64,000 bases of DNA from Eledone cirrhosa (GCA_964016885.1 OZ024740.1:104780001-104844000); one strand, 5' to 3'. Shown: positions 41,045 through 54,835, counted from the first letter of the stretch. The notes: generated from the sequence alone by a model not told the origin. Made by a program: numbers and translations.

Positions 41045-41760
41045 ATGACTATACTGAAGAATTTAGTGTGCAGGTCGGTGTCCATCAGGGTTCGGTTCTT
41101 ATCCCTCACCTGCTAATTATCATTCTGCAGGCTATAATAGAGGAGTTTAAGGCTGCCTGCCCATGGGAACTTTTGTATGCAGATGACCTAACCTTTATAG
41201 CTGAATCCATGGAAGAATTAGAGAAGAAATTCCAAACCTGGAAGCATGGCCTAGAATCAAAAGGTCTTAAAGTTAACTTGTCAAAGACCAAAGTCCTAGT
41301 ATGTAGAAAGGTAAACAGGGCCTAGACTCTCTCAGGGAAATGGTCTTGCTCAGTGTGTAGGGAAGGAGTAAGTAGAAATTCCATCCTATGTTACAAATGC
41401 AAACTATGTGTATACAAGGGATGTAGTGTGATCTCAAACAGGCTAGCAAAGAACATAGGTTTATATGTAGCCGATGCACAGGTGCAGTAAGTAGCAAGAG
41501 CTCCTTCAAATGCTCAGAGGGCTTTGTAGATGTAGTACATAGTTTCTGTTACCTGGGTGACCAAATTAGTAGTGGAGGAGGGTGTTCTGAAAGCACATTA
41601 GCCAGAGTGAGAACTGAGTTGGAGAGTTACTACTGCTGCTAGCTATAAAAGGTTTTTCCCTCAAAAGGAAGGGGAGATTGTATGATGTATGTATACAAAT
41701 AGCAATATTGCATGGTAGTGAGACCTGGGCACTATATACAGAGGACCTGCGATTTAGCAG
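41045..41760 (+). mobile_element. RTE LINE fragment (RT C-terminal part and PHD-like finger)
   Basis: GVHQGSVL, WELLYADDL and GLKVNLSKTK, then a decayed GKWSCSVC..SILCYKC..CSRC. Confidence 0.85.
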
Positions 41761-42342
41761 CTGGTGTTGAGTACATCTATAATGAATAATCCAACAAGAA
41801 CGAAGTGAGCGGAAATCTAGCAATTTCGACACATTATGGAGGTAAACAAAGGGAGGATAAGAGAGAGACCATAGCTTTCGATTTTCAAACCTTTTCTTCC
41901 TTGCAAATCCAGGTATATCCTTCATACTTTAGTCACAAACTCATGTATATATATTTTTCATACGATAGTCACCATGCTGCTCTCTATCTTCATCTCTCTC
42001 TCTCTACCCCTCCCTCTGATTGCCTACCATGCTACGGTCTCACTATCAATATATATATATATATTATATTATATTATATGCAGGTAGACAACCAGTTCGG
42101 GTATTGTAACTGGTAGTTCTCAAAGTATCCTGAGATTACATCTGGTGACCCAGGCAGTGTATATGCAGTGAAGAATATGTATGCAAAATGGTTTACAACA
42201 ATTTATTCAGAAATTTTTCATTACAAATGCTTGAATAGGCCGGATTAATACTATGGAACCAACACACTGCATAGTTGAAAAATTTGTAATGGAAAATTTC
42301 CGTAAAAATTGTTGTAAAAACCTATTTTGCATACTTGTTTCT

Positions 42343-42400
<58 letters not shown>

Positions 42401-42401
42401 A

Positions 42402-42473
<72 letters not shown>

Positions 42474-42508
42474 TATAAATATATATATATACATATATAT
42501 ACACTCAC

Positions 42509-42574
<66 letters not shown>

Positions 42575-42579
<5 letters not shown>

Positions 42580-42629
42580 AGTATGTGTGTATACGTACAT
42601 ACATATATGTATACAGACGTACAGTAGCA

Positions 42630-42669
<40 letters not shown>

Positions 42670-43046
42670 CAGGTACACATACATATATGCACGTATCAGT
42701 TTAGCGGACGCTTATTATAACGCCGCTTTGTTCGTTTGTAAACAAACTGAACAGCCTGAATTTTTATGCCGTACGGTGTTAAGGCAACCACGTTAATTTT
42801 CATAAGGAAAGTATATACTTTCGAACGTTCAACTATCTGGCAGATGGGTATACGGTGGTGATGATAGCTAACAAGCTTGAAACTAGTACATCGTTCCTGT
42901 GTCAGTGTTGAACAAAAAGGTGACGTGGTTGCCTTAACACCGTACGGCATAAAAATTCAGGCTGTTCAGTTTGTTTACAAACGAACAAAGCGGCGTTATA
43001 ATAAGCGTCCGCTAAACTGATACGTGCATATATGTATGTGTACCTG

Positions 43047-43100
<54 letters not shown>

Positions 43101-43155
43101 TGCTACTGTACGTCTGTATACATATATGTATGTACGTATACACACATACTTACAT
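42575..43155. repeat. Long inverted repeat (foldback): arms 42575-42793 and 42923-43155, 129-nt spacer
   Basis: The arms read as reverse complements apart from (TA)n tract length. Confidence 0.93.
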
Positions 43156-43214
43156 TTAAGTAAGTGCCGTACTAAGAGTGAGAAATGAAATTTCGTTTTC
43201 ATTTTATTTCAACT

Positions 43215-43287
<73 letters not shown>

Positions 43288-44830
43288 CTTTGTGTAAAGC
43301 TAGATTTATGGAAATCTATAAGTAAACACCATGTGTTAAGAGAACAGCAAGATCAATAATGAGTGAGAGGGCGTAGAATTTAGTTTTCTAACTACTAGGA
43401 TCAATAGTGGGGGTTGGTCGGTGGGTCGAACAAGACAAAGCTGCTGTGTGTTGTTTTTGTAGTTTAGACCCAAGTCAATCATAATTTGGCAGACATATCA
43501 AATTCCCGCCGTGACTATCCAGAACAAGATAATATTGTACTTTTCATATTTTTAAGGGCTGCAGATTGAGAAATGTGGACAATTTTACTATTATCTGGAA
43601 CATTTAAAGCAACCATATAGAGACTTCCATGTATAGATAGAGCATATATGTAAATGTGCACACAAAGATACCTATTTATCTAGGTGTGTAAACATAAACA
43701 TATGTGACTGTACATATGTGTTATAACACACACACACATATATATATATATCATCATTCCAGGAAATCAGTGTTGGTTAATTCAAGCAATTGATCAACTA
43801 GGTGTAATCAGATGTAAGTATTCCACGTCACGTGTACCATAGGGTATTACCTATATGGTATCGGACAGATTATCAATATTAAGAAAAAGAAGAGAAACGG
43901 TATCACATTTACATTTTCAGTTACTGAAGATGTATATATGATACTAGCGTTGTTCGGGTATTAAATACCAGTTATGTATAACATTTATATCAATACTTCA
44001 GTGCTGCTTCGAAAACTATACTTTTACAAAATCATCGGATTTTTCCCAAAGGGGGTTCCTGCCCCAGGGGTCCCCTACTCAATATGTGCCAATTCACATT
44101 CATCTGTAGAACAAACGTAGCCCATGTGTCAAGTTTTGTGAAAATCGGTTGCGAACTCCAGAAATTATGACGTTGTGTTGCATTGCACTGCAGTGCTTCA
44201 GTCGACTCCAAGGAAGCGGTTGAAGGGAGTTATCTCCTGGGAGGCCCTATAATCAATATCTGGAAAAATGAAAGTGTCCATGACCATCCGAAGTACATAA
44301 GTAACCTATGTCTTAAGTTTGGTGAAAATACTGCAGAAATGCATAAGGCTGACACACACACACACACGCACGTGCATGCGCGTGTGTGTGTGTTTGTGTG
44401 TGCGTATGTATATGTATGTGTATGTTCGTCGGCCTAAATCTTCACTATTTACTTTTACCATTTAAATAACCTCTGTCATTTACGTTTTCAATTTTATTTA
44501 CATCATTCTTAAACTCCGGGGCTGGAAATCATTCGGTTATTTTAAATAGAATATTAGTCTAACAACTCCATTTATACCATAAACTTGGTCTTGTCTTTGC
44601 ATGAAATTGTTCTTCTCAGTCCACATAACGACGTATTATCCTCGCCCTTTTTTCCGTTCATTGCCAGGGAACGTCTTCACGAACCAACATATCGTCTTCC
44701 CGTTTTCCTTCGGTTGCAACGTTTCTCGAAATATTTACTTCTGCGTTCACAGATTAAATGTTTTAGTTTCAGAAGATCCCTTTAATGTTGAAAGCAGCGA
44801 TTCTTTGCTTAAACTTTAATCTGTTCTTAT

Positions 44831-44942
<112 letters not shown>

Positions 44943-45206
44943 TGCTTTGTACGGCTTTTGGAGGAAGGAGTGACCAGCAATACGTTGTTCGGTATTATTA
45001 CGAAAAGGTGTAGCAGAGAATCCCCCGTGAACTAACAGCTCGGGAGGAAACTGCTTATCTCGAACATTCATTCGCCATCGTTCTTGTCAGCGCTCCGTTT
45101 TTTTGGTATTTGTTGGTCTACAGTTAGATGAATAGCGCACACATGGTTAATGTTTTTTGGCAAGAAGTTTTTTGAATAATAAAAGACGGGTTAAAGCAAC
45201 AATGTA

Positions 45207-45275
<69 letters not shown>

Positions 45276-45692
45276 GACGTAAATAAGAAAGTTATGAAAA
45301 TTGATTTACTTACTAAAATTTCACTCCAACTAATTAGTTTCTGTAAGGGGATAAATATGGTTACGGAGCGTTTCCATAGAGAAGCCTTACGTCATCAGGG
45401 AGTCTATTCTCAGCTAAGCTTCCAGGCAATGCGGGGACACTGGGAACTTATATAAAAATAATTCAGTGGATGGAAAAAAGCGAGCGGGGACTAGATTCCA
45501 AGACATTGAAAAATTCGCTGCCTACTTGGTCAAGTGGCAAATTCAAAAGAATCAATCACGTGACACTGGGGTTAATCAGCTAGGAGTGGGGTGCTATTAA
45601 GACAGTCACAGTAGTAATTTCGGCAAGTTTTGCTCAACAAATAATTTGGAGATAATAATAAAGAATTAGTATATTTACCAACATATGTATAC

Positions 45693-45744
<52 letters not shown>

Positions 45745-45747
<3 letters not shown>

Positions 45748-46706
45748 AAAGTACGTCCATAGAATCATTTGATAAAATATATACAGTATTTCCTCTCCCA
45801 ATCAGCATAATCAACCACACAAAAAAATCAATTAAACAAGGCTACAAGATTAAAATGCACCTATGAAGAAACAATAGATAAATAAACGATAGCTATCTAT
45901 CCGCTATCAACAGCCACAGAATATTTACCCAGTATTTCTAATAGCACGTGGAAATCGATTAGATATATCGGTAACCATACACAATTAGGTACAAAATCAA
46001 AGTTAGAAGAAAAAATGTATATAAGCATACCAAAATTATGTCTCTACCCCATGGGGTTTCATTCGCTTTTTTGAAATATCCGATCAAGGATAAATTCACG
46101 AGTTTCGAAATCATCAGGAAACAAACTCAATTGGACAAAGATTTTTCTTAAATGATCCCCGCCAGAAACGAATTCAAAATGGCTAAGAACTGTGACGTGA
46201 CTAGTGGTCAAGTCAGAAAGTTTGTGATTGGTGCCTTACGGCGAGTGGGATGGTTGCTAGAAAGCGCATCCTAATACTGCCTAAATTGTACCTCAACCAT
46301 ATGGGAGATAATCAAATATATAGATTTACATATACATAAACTAGACAGAGCCATAGATATAGATATGGGTTTTTGGCAACCATTCACGATGTGGCTCAAT
46401 GACGAATTAATTAATTAAATAATCAACAATCAGAGCAATATACAAGAAAGTACATCCATAGAATCATTTGATAAAATATATACAGTATTTCCTCTCCCAA
46501 TCAGCATAATCAACCACATAAAAAAATCAATTAAACAAGGCTATAAGATTAAAAGGCACCTATGAAGAAACAATAGATAAATAAACGATAGCTATCTATC
46601 CGCGATCAACAGCCACAGAATATTTACCCAGTATTTCTAATAGCACGTGGAAATCGATTAGATATATCGTCAACCATACACAATTAGGTACAAAATCAAA
46701 GTTAGA
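45745..46706. repeat. 263-bp direct repeat pair (45745-46007 and 46444-46706)
   Basis: aagaaagtac(g/a)tccatag...caaaatcaaagttaga is duplicated with few substitutions; period 699 bp. Confidence 0.9.
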
Positions 46707-46945
46707 TATATAATATGTCAGGCCACTCTCGAGTGCTACTGGTAACATGTAACCCAGTACAACCTGTCGCATGGTCGGGTCGTCAGCGACTAAACCGGCA
46801 ACCCCATCAAGTTTACTTGGTGAGGAGGGTGATTTTGGACATCCTGCAGGACAAAAAAGAAAACCTGACAAAGGGCGGAAGAGCTCATAAGAGTCAACGG
46901 CCATCCCAAAATTGTGTAAATGTGTATATATATATATATATATAT

Positions 46946-49900
46946 TTGGTAGCCTTGGTCGGCAATCTGTCTAGGAGAGGGACCACTCTGATTTCAAAGA
47001 CGGGGCGGACAGAGCTCTTTGGCCTTGATAGGCAATCTGTCAAACCAATCCTGACTGGGTTAAACGACGACATTGGTAAGCAGGATGTCGTATCAGTAGA
47101 TAAGGCAATGATCAAGTAACTGTGAATTTGGTTCATACTACTAGTGGCAAGGCGATCATATCAACTATTGTTGGATGTTTAGGTGAGGCACATCCGCTCT
47201 AATACAGAGTACTGCTTTCACTTGTATGGAGTAGCGACCGCAAGTGTATATCCAGCTATTGAAAGCTAAATATGACACAAATCCTTCGATGTTCATCCCG
47301 CAGCGCTCGTCGCGCGGTTAAACAAGGAGCGCGTCTTGCAACGGATTCCCAGATTGCAGTCGAAAAATCAGATACTGGGAAACATACACGGAGAAAACAA
47401 CCAACCCGACTTGTACACGGAAAGAAAGACATCTTTGCTGGTACACTCAATGTTCAAACACTCCAGAAAGACCATAAAATCCCTGAACTGATTGCTTCAG
47501 CAGGAGCGACCAACCATGATGTTATCTGTCTTCAGGAGCACCGGCTCATACATGAAGAGCTTGTAACAAAGGAGCAAATATTTGGCAATTGGAGGCTGAT
47601 AACCTGCTCAGCTTGGAAAAACAACATGAATGAATGCAGCAAATGGTGGAGTTGGAATGCTTTTCAGCCCACGAGCCTATGATACACTTGCGAGTGTTGA
47701 AATGATAACATCAAGGATAATGATAGCTACGTTTAACGGGAATCCTAAAACCACTGTAATCTCTTGCTATAGTCCAACAATTGTAAGTGACATGGCCGAA
47801 GTAGAGAGGTTTTACATGGAACTAACATCACTCACTAGACAAATCCCGAAACATAATGTTCTCATCATTGACGGAGACTTCAACGCGCGTCTTGGACAGC
47901 TTGATGGATTCAAATTCTCATACCACTCACAAACCAATAGAAACGGTTGTATGCTAAAAGATTACTTGTGTGAGAACAATTTACGATGTCTCAACGCCAT
48001 ATTACAAAAAAGATCAGGCCAGCGGTGGACACACAAATCTCCAAATGGCGACAAGACACAACTGGATTATATCATAATCAATCTAAAATGGAAGAACAGC
48101 GCAAAAAACTGCAGAGCATATGACTCGTTTGTTAGTGTTGACTCGGATCATCGCATTGTCTTGGCCAAGATACGATTAGGTCTCCGAGTGGATAAAAAGA
48201 AATCTGCAAATGCTACTCCTTACAAATGGACAGTTCTGAATACCAATCCTGAGACTTACAAAACCTTTGTTACCCAACTGAGCAACCGATTTGCTGCCCT
48301 ACAAGACTCTGCGCCAGCAAAATCGTCAAATTCTACATTTAACCACTTTCAAATGGCATTCAAAGAGGCAGGGCCGACACCATCCCTTTAAAACCCAAGG
48401 TTAAAAAACGAAAACACTGGGAAACAGAGAGGATACGCCAAAATCGCAAAGAGTTGCGAAAAGCTGCAGAATTGAAAGACACTCAACGATCTCCAGAAAA
48501 CATTAGTAACTTCAATGCTGCTTGTACAGCACTGAAAAGTGAGTATGAAATTGAGCAAGCCGAATACATGCAGAGAAAGATCAATCATATCTTGAGTACT
48601 GTCAGCAATAAGAAGTCTGCTGAAGCCTGGAAAACTGTCAATGAAATTAGTGGCAGAAAAAGTAGTGACAGAGCCAAACTGAAAGCCTTCGGCCAAGACG
48701 AACGTTTAAAACTGTGGCAACAACATTTTCAGAACCTACTTGGAAAAGCACCACAGATCACCGAAGAAGAAATAATACCCGTTTTTACAGAGGAACACCA
48801 AATACAGAAAGGTCCTTTCACTATGGAGGAACTACAGAAGGCAGTGAAAGGTATTGGAAACGGGAAAGCGTGCGGACTCGACGAGATCGCAGCTGAAGTG
48901 TGGAGGGTACCTGAATTTCACCCAAACCTACTAGAGTTGTGTAATGGTGTCTATAATCAAGACCCCATAGACAAATGGACTGAGGGATGTATACTCCCTT
49001 TTCCCCAAAAGGGCGATCTTGGAATGGCTAAAAACTACCGTGGCATAACACTAATGGCAATTGCCGCAAAGATTTACAATCTCATGCTGTTTGACAGAAT
49101 AAGACCTGTCATTGACCCCTTGCTGAGAAAAAACCAAAATGACTTCCGCACCAACAGATCAACATCAGGGCAAATACTTACAATTCGGCGTATCTTGGAA
49201 GGCGTAAAAGCCAGAATCCTCCCAGCAACTCTCCTGTTTATTGACTTTTCAAAAGCATTCGATTCCATCCATCGTGGGAGGATAAGAAAGATACTTCTAG
49301 CCTACGGCTTGCCAAAGGAAACAGTAAATGCCATCATGATGTTATATAAAAACACCCGCGCAATGGTGCGCTCACCTGATGGAGATACCAACTTCTTTGA
49401 CATCATTGCAGGAGTACTCCAAGGGGATACTCTTGCACCATATATTTTTATCATCTGCCTCGACTATGTATTGAGAAAAGCCCTAGACGAAAACTTAGAG
49501 CTTGGTTTCACTCTCACAAAGCGAAAGTGTAGACGCCATGCAGCTCAGAAAATCACCGATGCTGACTATGCGGATGATTTAGCGGTGCTCGCTGACTACC
49601 TTAAGGATGCAACATCACTACTTCACAGCATCGAATCAGTTGCAAAGTAAATCGAACTCTATGTCAACGCAGGCAAAACAGAATATATTTGCCTGAACCA
49701 AGACTCCTCAGTTGGTATGCGAAGTCTAAACGGCGATATAATCAAGCAAGTTGACGACTTCAAATACCTGGGTAGCTATATCGCCTCCACAGAACATGAT
49801 GTTAACATCAGACTGGGAAAAGCCTAGGGAGCATTGAATGCAATGGAAAAGATATGGAAATCAAGCCTGCCGGCCAAACTGAAAAGGAATTTCTTCAGAG

Positions 49901-50321
49901 CTGCTGTGGAGTCTGTGCTTGCTTATAGCTCTATCACTTGGACGCTAACGTCGAAACTGGAGAAAAAGCTAGATGGGGCATACACACGTATGCTCCGCGC
50001 TGCTTTAAACGTGTCTTGGAGGGAACACCCAACAAATAAGGATCTCTATGGCAATATACCACCTATCAGCAGGTCAATACGTGGACAGAGACTCAGATTT
50101 GCTGGCCACTGTTGGCGCAGCAAGGAAGAAATAGCAGGTGATGTGTTGTTATGGAGTCCATCTCATGGAGCAAGAAACTCTGGTCGTCCCAAGAAGACAT
50201 ACGTCAAGCAACTTGAGGACGATACTGGATGCACTGCGGAAGAACTGGCAAACGCTATGAGAGACAGAGATGGATGGAGGAAACGTGTCGTAGAAAGCCG
50301 AACAAGCTCGACCTGATGATG
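46946..50321 (+). mobile_element. Near full-length RTE-clade LINE (5' UTR + APE + RT), inactivated
   Basis: GTLNVQTL, CLQEHR, CYSPT, GDFNA, QLDYI, SDHRIV, NYRGITL, FIDFSKAFDSI, GVLQGDTLAP, DYADD, FKYLGS, FAGHC and GRPKKTY; (TGA)n tail. Frameshifts near 47630 and 48390; stops near 49650 and 49826. Confidence 0.95.
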
Positions 50322-50323
50322 AC

Positions 50324-50357
<34 letters not shown>

Positions 50358-50362
50358 ATGTA

Positions 50363-50449
<87 letters not shown>

Positions 50450-50556
50450 ATGTATGTATACATATATATATGTGTGTGTGTGTGTATATACATATATTTT
50501 TATGTGTATATTTATATATGTGTATATGTGTATATCTATATATGTGTATATGTTTG

Positions 50557-50619
<63 letters not shown>

Positions 50620-50666
50620 ATATATGTGTGTGTATATGTGTATATATATATGTGTATATATAAGTG

Positions 50667-50700
<34 letters not shown>

Positions 50701-50774
50701 AATGTAGCGAAAATAATACGTCAGCAATGACGTATTCGTCAGAATGTCGTTATGCAGACAGGCAGATATACAGA

Positions 50775-50960
50775 CATCATTATCACTACTATCACCACCA
50801 CCACTACCACTACTACTACCACCACAACTAACATCACTACTATCGTCATCATCACCACCAACATCACTACAACCACCACCACCACCACTACTACTACTAG
50901 CAACATCACCACTATTATCATTATCACCACCACTCCACCACTATCAGCCCCCACCACCGC
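50775..50960. repeat. Degenerate (ACC/ACT/ATC)n trinucleotide repeat
   Basis: Directly visible in the sequence. Confidence 0.85.
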
Positions 50961-51126
50961 AGTTCGATATAAGTGCCTGCCCTTGGGAAATGCAAGAATG
51001 CTATGATCCCTCTCTCCCTCCCTATACACCCCCTCTATATGTCTCTCCCCTTCTCTATGTTCATCTTTCTATACCCCCACCCCCGCCCATACACGCACAT
51101 TACATCTCAATCGTATTTGTGTATGC

Positions 51127-51160
<34 letters not shown>

Positions 51161-51414
51161 TCATATATATAAATATATATATATATATACACACACACAT
51201 TATAAGGGCTCGACGGAGATCGATAACTGGCCCCTAACACCCCTTTAACAACAGAACATTGAAAAATAAAAGCGGCAGTTTAGTATCCTTAGACCGCAAG
51301 GAATATATAAATGCAAGTTTGAAGTCAATCGGAGTAGAAATGTGGATTTGTATAGACTTTACAAAAATGAGGTCACACACACAGACAACTTTTTCCTAAT
51401 ATATAATTATATAT

Positions 51415-51758
51415 GGAGGCACATGGCTTAGTGGTTAGAGCATTGGCCTTGCAATCGAAAGGTTGTGAGTTCAATTCTCGGACCGGGTAATGTGTTGTTT
51501 CCTTGAGCAAGACACTTTATTTCACATTGCTCCAGTTTACTCAGCTGTAGAAATGAGATGATAGGGACTGGGATCCATATCATTCCACTGCAAAGTGTTC
51601 GTGGAGGTGCCACAGCAAAAAAAGCATCCAGCACTCACTGTAAATGAGGTTGGTGTTAGGAAGGGCATCCAGCTGTAGAAATCAAGCCAGAATCAGTTCC
51701 CGTCCTACCCTTGCAAGCAGGGAAAAGCGGACGTAAAATGAAATGATGATGATGATGA
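51415..51758 (+). mobile_element. SINE family A, full length
   Basis: Near-identical to 18312-18659. Confidence 0.92.
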
Positions 51759-51839
51759 AATGATATATCATCATTTCCATTTAATATCAATTTTTTCACG
51801 CTTGCATAGGTTAGACGGGTTCTCCCCGCCGGGAGGCAA

Positions 51840-52985
51840 ATTTGGCCAGGGTTGGCGATGTGTCACACCTTGCTCCGGTGGGGACTGGATGGCTCCGTTA
51901 TGAGGAAGAACAGGCCAGTTGGCTACGCTGAACCCATCTCACAATGGGACCATATTTTCAGAGCCCAACCCATCACACAGTGGAACCACAGTTTTGAAGC
52001 CTGGTACTGGATGGCACCAATACGAGGAGCCTAACCTATCTCACAGCGCAGCCACAGTTTTGGAGCCCGGTACCGGGTGACACTCCTATGAGGAGGGTTG
52101 GCCATGTGAAACCCATCACACAACGTTACCACAGTTTTGGGGCCCGGTAGCGGATGACACCGCTATGAGGAGGGACAGGTGTGGAACCACATTTTGGGAA
52201 CCTGGCGTTGGATGGTACCACTATGCAAAGGGACCAGTCATACCACTATGAGGAGGGACAGGCCAGTTGGCTGTGCTGAACCCTTCTCACAGTGACACCC
52301 TAGTTTCAAAGCTGGGCACTCTCCACGCGATAGACACTTCTCAATACGAAGCCAGACTCTGGCAGCCTGGGACTGGATGGTATCGCTTTCACACAGCAGA
52401 CATTCAGTTCAAGCATTGGATGCTACATAACTCCACTATAAGGAAGGACGGGCGAACCCATATCACAGCAGTACCCCACTTTTGAGGCCTGGTACTCTCC
52501 ACGCGACGAACCCTTCTCAGTACGAAACCACCATTTTTTTAGGTGGGAGTAACGTTCGATGGCACCACTATACAAAAGGCCAGTTGGAGCCCAGTACTGG
52601 ATGGCACTGAAACAAACAGCCTAACCCTTCACACTTGGAGCCCGGCACTGGATGGGAACGGACAGGCTAATTTAGCTGCACCGAACCCCTCCCACAGTGG
52701 CACCCCAGTTTCAGGGCCTGGCACTCTCCACACAACAAACTCTTCTCAGTACGAAACCATCTTTTTTTGGCAGAGGGTTGGACTTGCGTTGGATGGCACC
52801 ACTATGCGAAGAGGCCAGCTGGAGCTCATTACTGGATGGCACTGATACGAGGAGCCTAACCCAACTCACAGCACAGACACAGTTTCTTGGTCCAGGCCAG
52901 TGGCTGCGCCGAACCCACCACATAGCGTTACCATAGTTGAGGGGCCCGATACTGGATGACGCTGCTGGTGCTGGGCCATAGTATA
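51840..52985. repeat. Diverged GC-rich tandem repeat with irregular ~60-90-bp units
   Basis: Recurring ggtactggatggcaccactatgaggagg, gaacccatctcacag and accacagttttgga motifs. Confidence 0.7.
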
Positions 52986-52989
52986 GGAG

Positions 52990-53400
52990 CCTGGTTCACA
53001 ACAGGAACACACACAATATCACTTGACCTACCTCTCAGCGTCCCTACGTTGATGGTTGCTACTCTGAAGTCACGAGTGGGGCCTACAGCTTTCCTGGTGG
53101 TGCTGATTTGACGTTTGCATCGTGACCTTGTTCATTATTGATATTACTTACTGGTCAATGCTATTTGCATGTGTTAGTGGTTGCTAAATTAGCTACAGGG
53201 TTCCTTTGGAGGGAGGGGCTTATTAGGATTAGAAGATGGTTGCCTCCATGAGTGTGGAGATGTGTGCTTAATGTTGTTAGGTTTATATGGTGGTCTCATG
53301 TTTTATTGCACTTTGTTCCGGTGGAGTATGGTGGAGCATGGGTGGGAAAAAATGTCAACGATAACCGAGATGCCTTTGTTGCTATTGACTGTGTTATGAT
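52990..53400 (-). mobile_element. RTE 5' fragment (UTR and start of endonuclease)
   Basis: Minus strand encodes DFRVATINVGTLRGRSSDIV, an APE first motif. Confidence 0.65.
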
Positions 53401-53543
53401 GAGAATATTCTGAATAACTATTTACTTAAGCAACATGACAAAATAAACATACAAAAATAATTAATCAGTATTGACAAAATAAATATATAAGTATGTACCT
53501 ATTTATATATATATACATACGCATACACACACACACATATATA

Positions 53544-54835
53544 CAGGGTGTGGACGATATTTGTTCACAATTTTCAACTGCTAATTCTATGCACATTTTT
53601 TTTACTTCCGTTGTCATTCTTGTCTTCATAAAAACAGTGACTATATTTCCATTATTTATTTTCAGAATAATTGATTATGAATAATTTTGAACCTCCAAAT
53701 TTGTGGAAGAGACACGGAGTTCTTCTTGGAATCCGCACCGGGAGGACAAATAAGGAAATTTCAGACTTTCTCAGCGTCAGCAGGAGAATGGTAGAAAAGG
53801 TCATAAAGGAATTGGAAGATTCAGGATTCGACTACGAAGCAACATCAGAGAGGAAAACACATGATCGATGATCTGACGCCTTCAGAACGCCCTAGTTCAT
53901 TGCTGAAGTTCAGGATATCATCAACAATGAACCTAGCAAGTCGATGCATGCCATTGCAAGGGAGAAAGGCGTGGATGAAAAGCTCATGAGGCTGGTGGTA
54001 CATGAAGACATTCGCTACATTTCATACAAGATGAGGAAAGGACAATTTCTGTCAAAAGCGATGCAAGAAAAGCGACTGAAGCACGCAAAGAAGCTGATCA
54101 ACAAGTTGAAACACCCACTGGAGCCAGACATGCTGTGGTTTTTCTCCGACGAGAAAAACTTCTACCAAGACCAGAAGATCAACTCCCAGAACAACAGGTG
54201 GCTCGCTGTCTCATCCAAAGACATGCCCAGAGTCATGCAGACAAAGTTTCCAGCGACATCATTGGTCTTAGGTGTCGTCAGCAGTCAAGGTGACGTCATG
54301 CCACCTCACTTCTTCCCTGAAGGCCTCAAGCTGAACACCGATGGCTACATCCGCGTTCTGATTGAGGTAGTAAAGCCCTGGATCGACCAGGTAGCTGCAG
54401 GTAGGCCGTACGTGTTGCAGCAAGACTCAGCGCCCTGCCATACCAGCCGAAAGACCCAAGCCTGGCTGTCAGAGAACTTCGTCGACCACACTTCACCTGA
54501 CATCTGGCCTCCCAGCTCACCTGACTGCAACCCCCTCGACTTCTTTGTGTGGGGCGCAGTGGAACGAGACACCAACAGATCTAGCTGCAATACGAAAGAC
54601 GATCTGAAGGCTAGGATCACAAGTGCCTTTAAGGGCCTAAGTCGGGGGACAGTGACGAAGGCCTGTAACCGGTTCCGAGACTGCCTTGAAGCCGTCATCA
54701 AAGCCAATGGCGGGTTTGTAGAGTGAGATCGAAAGAACAAGTCATGAAGACAAACTGACCCAAGTTTGATAAATATATCTTAAAAAATAAAACTACTGTG
54801 TTATTTTTTCCTAGACAGTAATCATCCGCACCCTG
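53544..54835 (+). mobile_element. DD37D (maT) transposon, copy 3 (catalytic triad intact, two N-terminal stops)
   Basis: TA flanks; FSDEK, QQDSAPCH and NPLDF with 37 residues between D2 and D3; TGA at 53869 and TAG near 53893; right TIR partly deleted. Confidence 0.95.
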
